Assembly: GCF_004010195.1 (NCBI RefSeq)
Contig: NW_025214728.1
Location: forward strand, 1-43,017
Direction of reading: 5' to 3'
DNA: 43,017 bases
Source: Chiloscyllium plagiosum
Taxonomy: Eukaryota
Position numbers and translations under genes: made by a program. Below, one piece after another: positions 10,821 to 24,414 of the stretch. The notes below the pieces were generated by a model, which was not told the origin of the DNA, ran no database searches, and saw only the letters and a program-made list of their open reading frames with translations. Numbering within the stretch: position 1 is the stretch's first letter; each line of letters begins with the position of its first letter.

Positions 10821-11359
10821 GTTGCTCCAATTTTTAAAAGACACTTTCAGCGGGAGACTGGGCACATTCAGAGCCAAATGCGTGGCCAGAGGCAGTTCAA
10901 TAAGTTCCAAACAAAACAGTAACTGATTATTTGATCAGGATCAGCATCATTACACAAGATAGTATTATCCGACATGTTCTATCTTCACATAAAGTTTGCT
11001 TGGTAAGCAGACAGCTCAGGCCCTATGCATAAGCTTGCCAATGATCTTGTAGCATGTATGGAACTAAAGAAATCCTGACACATCTTAGCCGGTGAATGCA
11101 AGCTTACGGTTTATTGCAGCATGTTTCTCAACTAAAACACCAAAGAAAGGAAACTCGTTTGGTTGCTCTATTTTACTGGTAAATATGAGTGCAGGGTGAG
11201 TTTATTTCACAGTATAAGGAAATTCTGTGTTACAATTGTAGGTTCAAATAGTGCAAACACGTATCAGAAGTACGCAAAGAGGAGGAAGTTACTGGTCATT
11301 GCATCAATGAGGATAACTGGTAAAGATGTTAACAAGGGCTGGACTTTTTGGGATCACAT

Positions 11360-12960
11360 CATTCCCCTGTTTAGGAACGGAAAGAGGCAGAAGAAAGGAA
11401 GTTATAGACTGGCTAGCCTGACCTCAGTTATTAGTAAGATGTTCAGAATCCATTATTTAGGATGAGATTTCAGAGCACTTGGATGTGCATGGTAAAATAT
11501 GATTGAGTCAGCACAGCTTTGTCCAGGGGAGGTCATGTCTGACAAATCTGTTAGAATGCTTTGAGGAGATAGTGAGCAATTCAAAGGAGTGCTAAAATAA
11601 CTGCACAAACAGCTGGTATTCAGTCACCAAGTCACCCCTTTATTTACATCTGCATAGTTCATAGGTTCTGACCAGCCAGCTCAGAGCCAGTGCCTAGAAT
11701 GAAGATTCTCTTCTGTTTATATCTATCCACCAGAGTTCCTTGACAGGCCCAGGTTAACAACTCCCATCAAGGATCTCATGGACGATGAGGTCCATCTGGT
11801 CCTCGTTCCAAACAGCCAATGAACGTGATCTATTTGGCCTTCAACAAGGTGTCACACAGGAGGCTCCTAAATAAGATATGTGCCCATGATGTAAGGGGTA
11901 AGATACTGGCATGGATAGAGGATTGACTGACAAGCAGAAGGCAGAGAGTGAGAGTTAAGGGGTCTTTTTCAGGATGGCAGTGGAGTTCCACAGGGGTCAG
12001 TGTTGGGACCACAACTATTCAGATTATAACAATCTAGACAAAGGAAATTAGGGCATTATCACTAGGTGTACAGATGATGCAAAGATAGGAGGTAGGACAG
12101 GTTGCTTGAAGAAGCAGGGAGGCCACAGAATTCCTGGAGAGGCTAGGAGAGTAGGCAAAGAAGTGGCAGATGGAATACAATGTGGGGAAAGTGTGAGGTT
12201 ATGCATTTTGAAAGGAAGATCAGGCATAGACTACTGTCTAAATGGTGAAAGACTTCAAAATCTGGAGCATAAAGAGACTTGGGAGTTTTAGTTCAGGATC
12301 TCTTCAGGTTAATGTGCATGTTCCATTAGTAGTTGAAATGCAACATTAGCATGCATTTCAAGAGGACTAGAGTACAAGAGCAAGGATGTGCTGCCGGGGT
12401 TGTACAGGTTCTGGTCGGATTGCATTTAGAGTACTGTGAGCTGTTTTGGGCCCTGTGTCTAAGGAAGGATGTGCTGGCCTTGGAGGGAGGTCAAAAGAAG
12501 GTTTACAAGAACAATGCCATGGATTAAGGCCTTGTCACAGGAGGAACAGGTGAGCACTCTGGGTCTCTTCTCTTCGGTAGAAGGATGCAGGAGGAGAATC
12601 TCATTGAAACTTGCAGAATACCAAGAGGCCTAGAATGGACATAGGAGAAGACGGTTCCACAGTTGAGAGAGATTAGGTCCCAAGGACACAGTCTTAGAGT
12701 GAAGGGTTAACCCATTCGAGATGAGATGAAGAGAAACTTCTTCAGATATAGGATGGTAAATCTGTGGAGCTCACTGCCACAGAAAGCTGTGGTGGCCAAA
12801 TCACTGAGTGTATTTAAGACAGGATCTTGATTTGTAAGGGAATCAAGGGTTTTGAGGAGAAAGCAGGAGAATGGGGTTGAAAAAACACATCAGCCATGGA
12901 TGAACGATGAAGCAGATTTGATGAACCAAATTCTGTTCCTATATTGTATGGTCTTATGGT
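11360..12960 (+). mobile_element. CR1 LINE ORF2 3' half, degenerate, interrupted by a small LTR
   Basis: YRLASLTSV, QHSFVQGRSCLTNL, GVPQGSVLGP, HLEYCELFW and VNLWSSLP; 3' tail near 12930-12960. Confidence 0.85.
11590..11814 (-). mobile_element. Probable small solo LTR inserted in CR1
   Basis: About 225-bp non-CR1 block splitting CR1 AAAGGAG|..GCCAATGAACGTGATC; TG..CA ends; minus-strand TATAAA then AATAAA; no clean TSD. Confidence 0.5.
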
Positions 12961-13094
12961 ATGCAATAAAATTACTGTGGGCATACATGTGCAGTAGAAC
13001 CTGAAATCAATTGTACGATTTGCTAAGTTTATGAATTTTATGAAAGCAGTTACTAGGTGGTACATCTAGATTGCCTCAGTGACTTCTTAAAAAA

Positions 13095-14830
13095 CAAATT
13101 CATTCAAGGGTTATTGGTGTTGCTGGCATAGCATTTATTGCCCATCTCTAGTTGGATTTGAGACAGTTGTGGTGAGCTGCCTTCTTGAACTGCTGCAATT
13201 CATTTGCCACTATATCAGTAGACATGGTTCCATGATTTTGACTAAGTGACACTGAAGGCATGGCAATTTCAGCACAGTGAGTGGTCTGGAAGGAAAATTA
13301 CAAGTGGTGATGACGTCCCCATGTATCTGCTGTGCAAGACAGTTCGGACTTGTGTATTGTTGCTGGAATATTGTCAGGCTTCAGGGGCTTTGCAGTATCC
13401 AATGCTTCCAGTCATTTTTTGGTATCACATAGAATGAGTGGAATTGGCTGAAGACTGGCATCTATGATGCTTGGGACCTTTGCAGGATGATCAGTCACTC
13501 AGCATTTCCAGCTGAAGATTGCTGTGAATGCTTCAGCCTTGTCTACTGCATTAATGTGTTTGGCTCCACTATCATTGAGGATGTGATATTTGTGGAGCCT
13601 CCTCCTTCAGCAAGGTGTTAAATTGTTTACCACCATTCACAACTAGATGAGCACAGCTCAGATCTGATCACTTGGTTATGGAGTTGTTTAGCCCTGTCAT
13701 TTCTTGTTCATGCTGTTTAGCACAGAAAAAAAAACTGTTTTATTACTTCAATAAATCGATACCTAATTTTTCGGTATGCCCTCTTGATTCTTTGTTAAAC
13801 TAGGATTGATTCCCTGGATTGCTGGTAAAGAGGCAGGACATGAGATTGAAGATTATGTTGATGGACAAATCTGAGCTGCTGACGGTTCACAGCACTTGCT
13901 GAGTGCTCAGTCATTTAGTATTGTGATAATGCCATAGAATGCATAAAGGTGGGTATTTGCAACGTGAAGACAGGACTTGTCTTCACAAGGTCACTCTTAT
14001 TAATAATGTATGGACCAATACATTTGTAGAAGGCAGATTGGTGACAAATTCAGTCTAACATAGATGTGCTTTTGGACTTAACCAGCTCAATTAATAGCAG
14101 TGCTGCCGAACCACTGTGTCGGGCATTGAAATCTCCTACCCAGTGCACATTCCGCAGCCTTGCCACCCACAGAGTGCTTTCTCCCAGAGATACTAATCTC
14201 ATAGTTCACCTGATGCCATGAGACTCCACGGAGTCAGAAGTCAATAGTGAGGATTCCCAGGTCAACTGTATACCACTGCAACCACTTCTGTGGGGTCTGC
14301 CCTGTTGCTCAAACAAAGCATACCCAGGGATGGTGATGCTGTTGTCTGAGACTGTGTGTTTAAAGTATGATGTTGAGAGGTTGGCTACTCAGGCTATTGC
14401 TCAACTCGGCTTTGAGACAGCTCTCTCAAATTGTGCACTAGCCCCCAGATACTAGTAAAGTGGACTCCACAAGATTGACAGTGCTGAATATGGCGTTCTC
14501 ATTTCTTGTGCTTTAGTCAATGCAAAATGATTCATTTGAATTCATTGTGCATTCATGCCTAAACAATTGAAAGGTTTGCTGGCCATTTCAGACGGCAGTT
14601 AAGAGTCAAGTATATTGCTGTGGGTCTGGTTTTACAACCAGGTAGAATGGCACTTTTTCTTCCCTAAAAAACTTAATGGTCCAGCTAGTCATCACTTGAC
14701 TTTTAAACCAGATTTTTACCAAATTCAAATTCCATTATCTGCCATGATTGGGTTCAAACAGACGTCACCAGAACAACATCTGGGTCTCTGGATTGCTCAT
14801 GCAGTGACAACAGCACTACTTTGCATCCCT
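13095..14830 (-). mobile_element. Old non-LTR retrotransposon (same family as 3750-4460), internally deleted, with a SINE-like head at about 14590-14830
   Basis: GCATTTATTGCCCATC..GGTGAGCTGCCTTCTTGAACTGCTGC reverse end; the 14590-14830 part resembles 30160-30440. Confidence 0.5.
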
Positions 14831-15039
14831 CACCTACTGCAAATATGAATGGCTTTCTTGAGTAGTACATTGGTAAACAGGATAATAATAGCGAAGCTGT
14901 GCAGAGACACGTAGGTCTGGTATGGTCTTCAAAGTGTAGGAATCTGTCAGCATATGTAGAAAACTAATTTTAATATCTCTGTTTCATAGTAATAGAAGCA
15001 GGAGGATTTTATAAGCCCTTTTCATAATTTTATATGTTT

Positions 15040-15240
15040 CTCTAAGATCCCCTCTCACTAAATTCTAGTGAGTACAGTCCCAGGCGGCTCAACTTCTCCT
15101 CACAGAGTAATCCCTTCATGTCTAGAATCAACCTGGTGAACCTACTCTGCATCGCCTCCAAAGCCAGTATATCTTTCCTCAACTAAGGAGACCAGAACTG
15201 CACACAATACGCCAGGTGCGACCTCACCAACACCTTATAT
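15040..15240 (-). mobile_element. CR1 fragment
   Basis: YKVLVRSHLAYCVQFWSP on the minus strand. Confidence 0.75.
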
Positions 15241-16294
15241 TCTTGGAGAAGCTTTGTCCAATTGTGTAGGGCCATCAATAAAAGAGTCTGTAAAGGGATA
15301 TATATACCCTTTGTAAATCTTGAGCAGCTCCTACATACATGAGCCACGAGGCTAACTCCTATCATATTTCACCAGGTTGACACCCCAGAGGAACTCCAAT
15401 AAATGCCTCAGCACAATGCTCTAGAGAGAGGCTGTGCAGTCATGTGTACAAACAAGTGTTATAGATATAAATTTGCAACTATTAAGTATAATCTACATTT
15501 TGTTGTTAGGTAGAATTACTCGAGTCCCTTTCTGTATGAATGTTAAGGTTTGGTTTGAGTTTAAACAAAGTTACCAGACATTTGCAATTCACATGAAAAT
15601 TTGCCAAGTCATTACATGTTCCACAACAGATATGTTCCATGACTGCTCAAAGCACTTTCAGTGCCTCACCAGACTTGCTGACTGCTAGTTTTTGAAGAAT
15701 GAAACGGTTACAAAGGTATTCAAATTGAGCAAATATCTCTCCTTCATGAAGGTGGAATAAAGGCACAAAGTTGAAACCATGATTGAAAATAAACTTGTTT
15801 ACACAAGAACACATGCTCAGAGTGACTTACCACATGTATGCTGCAATCATTATTTGTGCTGCAAACTGCTTCTTTAAAACAGGTTTATAGGGTAGGCATG
15901 TTTCAAGTGGATATTGTTTATGACATTCCACTTACTGGGACAAGATGGCAACGCAAACTGATCAAATTGATCAATGAAAGAAATCTATACTTTTCTTACC
16001 AAACATAATTTAGACAGTGACATGTATTGGTAACCCTGCCACAAACGTGTTCTCTCTCATCTTGCATTAAAGCATGCTATGACAGGGCCTCACTTTAATT
16101 TCTCAACACATTTACAAAGTTAACACTGGCAAGACCTTGGGTTTTAGTACACCTTCAGAGGCATTTAAATGGATGGTTTTCTAGGTCTTAACTTTTTAAA
16201 GAGTCTAACGATGTTGCAGTCTGGCATTTGTAGAATCTTGGCCTCAGGTAAGCAAATAATTGCTTGACAGTACGGAACTTAATACACTGCTAAA

Positions 16295-16410
16295 AAGAGA
16301 CAAAGTCAAAGCTTGCGGTCTTGCATCCATTAAGATTAAAAATACAAGAAACCAAACTTACAAAGGAATGATTATTTATAGAAACAAGGGAAGAGGGTGC
16401 AGATTGAAGT
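16295..16410 (-). mobile_element. Degenerate PLE 3' terminus (same family as 4745-4860)
   Basis: ACAAAGTCAAAGCTT..GTCTTGCA..CAT..AG..CAAGA..CAAA resembles 4750-4830. Confidence 0.4.
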
Positions 16411-16599
16411 TTGAATGCAAAAGTCAATTGTGCAATTAAGGGTAAGAAGGATGAATTTAAGATCAGCAGTTTTACAGTTAAATAAAGGCAATTACAAGAT
16501 TGTGGAGAAACGAGGTGACTAAAATGAATCGAGAGATAAAGTTAAACATAGGACAGTAGAGACATAGTAGCAAAAATTTAAAGGTAGTTAATTGTGAGA

Positions 16600-18955
16600 T
16601 AGAGTCATAGTGACATACAGCACGGAAACAGATCCTTTAGTCCAACCCGTCCATGTCAACCAAATATCCTAAATTAATCTAGTCCTATTTGCCAGCATTT
16701 GACCCATAACCCTCTAAACCTTCCTATTCATAAACCCATCCAAATGCCTTTTAAATGCTGTAATTATACCAGCATTACTTCTAGCAGCTCATTCCATACA
16801 CACACCACCCTTCGCATGAAAACGTTACCCATTGGGTCTCTTTTATATCTTTCCCCTCTTACCCTAAACCTATGCCCTCTTGTTCTAGACTCCCCCACCC
16901 CAGGGAAAAGACCTTGTCTATTTATCCTATCCATGCCCCTCATGATTTTATTAAACTCTAAAAGGTTACCCCTCAGCCTCCGACACTCCAGAGAAAACAG
17001 CCCCAGCTGTTCAGCCTCTCCCTAGATCTCAAACTCTCCAACCCTGGCAACATCCTTGCAAATCTTTTCTGAACCTGTTGAAGTTTCACAACATGGTTCC
17101 GATAGGGGGGAGACCAGAATTACACACAATTTTCCAAAGGTAGCCTAACCAATGTCCTGTACAGCCGCAATATGACATCTCAACTCGTATACTCAATGCT
17201 CTGACCAATAAAGGAAAGCAGATCACACACTTGCTTCAATATTGTGTCCACTTGCCACTTTCAAGGAACTTTGAATCTGCATTCCAAGGTCTCTTTGTTC
17301 AGCAACAATACCCAGAACCTTACCATTAAGTGTATTATCTAATTTATCTTTCCAATAATGCAGAATCTCAAATTTATCTAAATTAAACTCCATCTGCCAC
17401 TGCTCCGCCCATTGGTTCATTTGATCATAATCCCGTTGTACTCTGAAATAACCTCCTTCACTGTCCACTACACCTCCAATTTTGGTATCATCTGCAAATT
17501 AACTAAATCTTATTTCTTCACATCCAAATCATTAATACAAATGACAAAAAGCTGTGGACCCAGCATCAATCCTTGTGGCATCCCACTGGTCACGTCTCCA
17601 CTACCACCCTCTGTTTTCTACCTTCGAGCCAGTTCTGTATCCAAGTGGCTAGCTCTCCCTGTATTCGATGAGATCTAATCTTGCTAACCAGTCTACTATG
17701 AGGAATCTTGTTGAATGCCTCACTGAAGTCCACGTAGGTGACGTCCGCCATTCTGCCCTCATCAATCCTCTGTTACTTCTTCAAAAAAGCTCAAGTTCGT
17801 AAGACATGATTTCCCACACACAAAGCCATGCTGACCATCCCTAATCAGCCCTTGCCTATTCAAATACATGTAAATGCTGTCCCTCAAGATTCCCTTCAAT
17901 AATATGTCCATCACTGACGTCAGGCTTACCAGTCTATAGTTCCCTGGCTTTTCCTTACCACCTTTTTCTTAAATAGTGGCACGTTAGCCAACCTCCAGTT
18001 TTCTGGCATCTCACTTGTGACTATTGATGATACAAATATCTCAGCAAGGGATCGAGCAATCAGGTCCTGGGGATTTTTCCACCCTTATATGTATAAAGGC
18101 ATCCAGCACCACCTCCTCTGTAATATGGACATTTTTCAAGATGTCACCATCTATTTCCCTACATTCTGTATCTTCCCCATCCCTTTCCACAGTAACTACT
18201 GATACAAAATACTCGTTTGATATCTCACCCTGTCTGTTGTGGTTCCACACATAGGTTGCCTTGCTGATCTTTAAGGAGTACTATTCTCTCCCGAGTTACC
18301 CTTCTGTCCTTAAGTGCAGTTTAATTTATCAGTCCTACCTCATTCTCTGCTGTGTTCCTGCCTGCCATGACTGTTTGACTGCTTCTTTGCCCAACTGTAC
18401 CAGTCTCATACTGATCTCTTTCCTCACTATCTCCCTGCGTCCTAACCTCCAGCTTACTAGTTTAAATCTTCCCGAGCAGCTTGAGCAAATCGCCCTGTCA
18501 TTATATTAGTCCCCTTCCAATTCAGGTACAATCCATCCTGATGTAGGTCACTTCTACCCCAGAAGAGATTCCAATGCTACAAAAATGTGAACCCTTCTCC
18601 CCTACACCAGCTCCTTAGCCACACATTCATCTGCTCTATCCTCCTATTTCTACCCTCACTAGCTCATGGCGCAGAAGTAATCCAGATATTACTACCCTCA
18701 AGGACTTCCTTTTTAAAGTCCTGCCTAACTTCCTATATTTGCCCTTCAGAATTTCATTTGTTTTCCTTCCTAGGTCATTAGTTCCAACATGTACAAAGAC
18801 CACCTGATGGTCCAACTACCCTTTGAGAATATTCTGCACTCTCTCCAACATAACCTTGATTGTGGCATCAAGGAGGTAACACACCACTTTGATTTCTTGC
18901 TGTGTCAGCCGCAGAAACATCAGTCTGTGCCTCTGACTAGAGGGTCACCTATGAC
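16600..18955 (-). mobile_element. CR1/HER1 LINE with large internal deletions (tail, RT, ORF1 remnants)
   Basis: Reverse tail AGAGTCATAG..ACAGCACGGAAACAG; QMEFNLDK, NEYFVSV and KSPGPD motifs; ORF1-like region at 18480-18950. Confidence 0.85.
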
Positions 18956-19039
18956 ATTGAACATCTATTTATTTGAAAATGCATTTAATAACTAATATTC
19001 AAACATTCCAGTGAGCAAATAAAGACTCTTTCAGAATGG

Positions 19040-20850
19040 GAAGTTAAGAACAGTACCAAATAGACAGAATTTAAAACCAGCAAAGGATCATTAAAATATG
19101 AGGAAAGAATTAGAGTTTGAGAAGAATCTAGCTGAAAATGTATAAAAACAGATAGCAAAAGTTTCTGTAACTTTTCAAAAACAATGAGTAACTAAACTGA
19201 ATGTCGGTGTTCTAGAATGAGTGAGAACTTCACAATGGAAAATAAGGATATAAAATAAATATTGACAGATTGTATATCTGCCTTCACTGTAGAAGATAAA
19301 ATTAAAATATCACAAATACTTCTAAATCAAGAGGGGAAAGGTCAGAAGTAATATAAACAATAATAATCATCAGGGAAAGAGTACAGAGAAAATTATTAAA
19401 ACTTAAAGGCTGACAAGTTCTCAGGATCTATGTACTTCATTCTAGGACCTAACAAGAAGTGGCTGCTGAGATAATGGATGCACTGGCTTTAATTTTCCAA
19501 GATTCTAGAAAGCTTCCATGATGTTAGAAGTTAGTGAATGTACCTGCTTTGTTCAAGGAAAGAGGTAGATAGAAAACAGGAAATTACAGGTCAATTAGCT
19601 AACAATTGCCATTATTAAATGCTAGAAATCTATTACTGAGGAGGTTATAGATATGCATAAAGATTTTCTAAAGGCCATCAGGCTGAGTCAACATGGGAAT
19701 TTATCCAGTGTATGAGAAATTATGTTCAATTCATTAGCATTGTCTGAGAAAGCAACAAGCAATATGGATAAAACAAAAACTTGCAAGTGTGGTGTACATG
19801 GATTTCCAACAAAGCATTTAATGAGGGGCAATCCCTAAGGTACATAAACTAATAGGATTGGCTCAATAACTGGAAGCAGAGAGTTGAGACTAATGTGCTA
19901 TTTTTGGATTGGCAAGCTGTAACAAGAACTCTGTGTCACAGAGATCAGGACTGCGGCCTTAACCAATGACAGTTGATAGCAATTATTTGAATTAATCGGC
20001 CAAATGAAATGAATTGTGCTAAATTTATTGATGATACCAAAATAAGTAGAAAATTAAGTTACAAAGAGCACATAAGGAGTCAGCAAAGGGATATAGATAG
20101 GTAAAGCGAGTGGGCAAACATTTGCGAGATGGAGTACAATTTGTGAAAACATCAATGATGAGATTTCTGAAGTATGTGATGCAGAAGGAGATAGGTTTAT
20201 TTATACATGAATCAAACAAGGTAGCATGCTGACACAGGAAATTATCAGAAAAACAAATTGAAAGGTGTTTATTGAGAAGGAAATGGAACATAAAAAGTGA
20301 AGTTTTGCTAGAGTTGAATGAAGAATTGATGAGAGAATGTCGACAACACTGTGTACAGTTTGAGTCTACTTAAGAGCATAATCATATTAAAAACGGTTTG
20401 AAAAAGGCTCACAACTAATTACTGGAATAAAACGTTTATCTTGGGAGGAAAGGTTGGACAGCTCGAGTCTGCTTGGATTATAGAAGAAAGACTCATGATC
20501 TCATTTAAACATAAGATCTTGCAGCCGGTAGGTAGTGAAAGGAAATTTCTCCTTATGGAAGAGTCTAGAAGCAGGGCTCGCAATAAGGTGTCTCCCATTT
20601 AAGGCAGAGGAGGAGGAGGAGGAGGAGGAGGAGGAGGAAGATTTATTTTTTCTCAGAGGGTTACAAATCTTTGAAAGTCTCTTTGCCCAAGGGCAGTTGA
20701 GATAGAGTGACTGAGTGTTTTTAATGCTGGATTGTTGATTGACAAATGTAATCAAATGTTAAATGCAGACAGACAAGTCAAGGCGAGGCCATAATGAGCC
20801 ATGATCTTATCAAATGGTGGAGCAGGGCCAACCTGCTTACTCGTGTACCT
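19040..20850 (+). mobile_element. Old CR1 LINE ORF2 3' part
   Basis: Degenerate KADKFSG, GNYRSIS, VYMDF, KFIDDTK and HCVQF motifs; tail GCCATGATCTTATCAAATGGTGGAGCAGG. Confidence 0.75.
20607..20636 (+). repeat. (GAG)10 microsatellite inside CR1
   Basis: Perfect trinucleotide run. Confidence 0.95.
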
Positions 20851-23237
20851 AACATGTCTGTTTGTACCAACGCTACAAAGTAGACAAATAATTTGGACAC
20901 AATACACCAAAAAGTGCAATACAAAATCAATACATAATCCACTTAAAAGCTCAGTGAAGAGAACTTAATCAACAGCTTTCTCTTGGAGACGGCCGTATCC
21001 CACCCTACATTAGATAATGTTGATTTGGATCATTCAGTCAGCAAATGACATGGCAGTTGCCTCTGACCTCAAAGGAAAATGTGCATCTCTTTTTACTTTC
21101 CAATCAGAACTTCTTGTCTTGAAGCAAGGCTGTTGAGGAGAAGGTATAAGTACATGTCTACTTTGAATGTTACTAGCTCAAGTAACTCCACTCAAGACCA
21201 ACATGATTGCAGCTTACAAGCAGAATTTTTTTAAGTTTGTTGTGACTTGCATTCTAATCGATTTCAAATATTTAAAGACTATTTGCTTCTGAGAGTTTGT
21301 GGTGGTGGGGTGGGAGTGAGAAGGCTGGACACTGTCAGGGATGGAGGAAGGGGTAAACTGCCCAAAAATACTACAAGAATAGGGTAACTATCTAGTTAAT
21401 TATAGAATATCAGGTCCAGGTCTCCAAAACTAAAGTTAGTGTCCGAACATTCTTAGAGAAGACCAGGCTGCATAACCATCTGCACTTTAGGCCTTCAAAG
21501 ATGATCAGTCTAAGTTAAATTACTCCGGTAAGCATGAAATAACAAACATTTGAGAACAAGAGAAGGTGAATCTTTCATGCTGCTACTATGTACTTTCCAT
21601 GAACAGGATACTGTTGTCAAGTCAAACAAATTTTGACCTACCACACAAATTAGGTTCATGAATTTCTACTTCGGTGATACTATATGTGAGCATATCTGGT
21701 GGACTGTATTAGAAAGCACAGCGTTTTGGTCAGAATGTGAGCCATATGAAACCAGCCTCAACTTTTTTTTTTAAAACAGCATCCAAGGTTCATAGTTATT
21801 CTGCAATTACCTCATTTAATGAAGAATCCATAGAGTGCCAACAGTGATAAAAACAACTCATTTAAGATGAGCAAGTGGGTTTCCGGTATGGTTCACATGC
21901 TTGAAGCTACATGTATTCGTACACAGGGTCCAGTCAACAGATAAATGATATGTTGGCCATTCATTGAGCTCTTTCAATTCACCAAAGTACTATTACCACT
22001 GTTCCCTGCAACACTGCCATGACAATGCTCCATCCAAAGTCTACCAATCAACAAATCAGCATCCTGCTTTTCATGCAATGTAAAATTATTCTTCTCTTTT
22101 TAATGTGTTTTCTTACATTGGTCCTCATGGGTGCAAGATAACTATTTTCAAAAGCATGTTTTGTTTCTTAGTAAGTTTAAAATTTATTGATTTAAATGTT
22201 TTATTCACACTGTGGACAAATGCTTCATGGAGAAACTAAATATTGCACACAAGAATTAATGAAATAACAAAGGCTTATACAGATGGTCTATGAAAGGAAC
22301 TGAAGCTAAAATAAAGCTTACATTTAAAATTGGAAATTTCAAAATTCAGAGTTGATTTCCTGTGGTCTACTTCAAATTTCTAAGATTTCACAGCCAAGAA
22401 ATGGAACTGCCAACTAAAATTAGCAATAATATGGATATCAGGAAGAGGGCAAGTGTCAAGAGATTATAACAAATTGATGAGAACAGATACAAAACAACAA
22501 AAACAATCCTAAGGAAGTAACAGGATTTTGACCCAGTGACCATCAATGATTGGCCCTTGTCCTTCTAAGTGCTCTCTGGAAACCCTTTAAGTTACTGAGT
22601 GAAGCAGAAAGCTGCCTTAACTTTATTTTTTGGGATTTTGAGCAGTTTGGGAACTGATCCAAATAGCTGAAAAATCCACAGCAGATAAAGTAAGTGGTGT
22701 AAGCACTGAAAACTAGCTTTATTAAAGGCCCAATAACACTTTTCAGAACGTTTAAAACTAATAACTCCTCATCACAGTGAAAGAGAGGGCAGGTCCAACA
22801 AAATGCTGCATAATGGAAACAATGATTCATATGCATATAGATAATCAGATCTTATCAAAGGTAGCAATGCAGTTTAATACAGCTCATTCTCATTTACATA
22901 TTATAGCCTGGGAACACAGCTTTATCAAAAATTAAACATATGAATGTGGTTCTTAATCGAGCAACAAAGTTGACAATACTTATACACCTCAACAGAGAAT
23001 GCTTTTTAACAAGTAAAAACTGAGCATCAAGATAATGCAATTAATATACTTAATCTCTCAAAAACTTCAAAGAGTACAATGCTACTTTTTGGCTGACACT
23101 GATTCAAATTAGTTGCTCTTGCCCTCACCTGGAGAAGGTTCAAATTATCGTTTTAATAAATGGATTTTTAAAATTTAGACTATATCACTGTTCAGTCACG
23201 GTACGGTAGCGTCTAAACACTACTGATGAGGACTCAC

Positions 23238-23315
23238 CAAAATAGATCTTAAGTACAATAGGGCTTGTTCTAGAATATACTGGACTTGGTGAGCAAGAGC
23301 TGCAAAAACCACTTC
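23238..23315 (-). CDS. Candidate 78-nt internal exon of the minus-strand gene (phase 0: EVVFAALAHQVQYILEQALLYLRSIL)
   Basis: Acceptor TTTATTTTTAGCCTTACAG|GAA, donor TTG|GTGAGT, length a multiple of 3, open in the frame of exon 1, in a repeat-poor stretch. The protein is not recognised. Confidence 0.35.
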
Positions 23316-24414
23316 CTGTAAGGCTAAAAATAAACTAAGATGGTTTGTTTTGCAGAGTAAACTGTAAACGATGATATTTCCAATAATGCCAATGTACAAA
23401 GCCTTTGCAACAGTGTCCATCCCTCATTTTAAAAGAACTTCTTCCAGTTCAATGGAACAATGTTGAGCCATGAATTTAAACATATCACAGAATTACTTCC
23501 AGCTATTTCCATCTTCAACATATTCTGCTACTCTAAAATATGCAACTGACGAGCCATTATTAATATACTGGACCATTTAATCTCCCAGCTACAGATGATA
23601 AATTCACAAAATTCAAAAGGAACTCCTATGTAAATTATTCCAAATATAAAGAATGCAGCAACACAATTTAGTGAACAATATGTTTAATAAGTACATTTTA
23701 CGAGTATAAAAAAAGATGAAATTGGTGGCCATGGATAGAACTACAAAGGAGGAGAAACTGCCAACCCAGAAAACATTTTGAGTGGAAATGTTTTAACACT
23801 TCAAAAGAATGATGTATTTCGACAAGCAAGTTTGAGCAGCACCAAACTCTGGTGCTCATTTAATCATTTACAATTGAATAAAAAAGTCAAAACTTTAGTA
23901 ATGATAGGAAAAAAGGTTGGCCTAAACTTTTTGTCCAAAATCTTTGCCATAAAGCATAATTATGATGTTGTTTCTAAACATCCAAATTCCGAAAACTGAG
24001 AGAAACATTTTGTCTTTCCATTTTTGGTAAGCCCACGAGCAAATTCATTGAACTACTGCGGCTTTAGAGTACTGGCTTCATCATTTCCAATGTAAGCATG
24101 ATGAAATGCCAAGTAAGATGACTAATCAGAACACCAACCAAGTGATGACAGTTAAACAGAGTACAAGTGCAACTGACACTTAACTGAACCTTAATCTCAA
24201 GCGTAGTGTCTTGCTATTTTTAAATCAAGTATGTGAAAATAAACCAAGGGGGTCACACATTTCTGTTGTATTAAATTAAGAGTTGCTCCTTCAAATAATT
24301 TACTTGGGAACTGGATCTATTAAACACGTAGTCAATTTCGACATTTAGGTGTCTTTTCATTTGCAGTTAATTAGCCAAGACAAGTCAAAATTGCCAATTC
24401 AGCACCAAATGCAC

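Noticed and set aside
15240..15800. Possible LTR or DNA-transposon remnants
   Set aside because: No termini, TSD or coding motif could be defined by eye.
15825..15880. Minus-strand donor TG|GTAAGT as a possible exon
   Set aside because: No convincing polypyrimidine acceptor upstream and no recognisable peptide.
20501..20755. Poly-serine ORF
   Set aside because: Antisense reading of a (GAG)n expansion inside a CR1.
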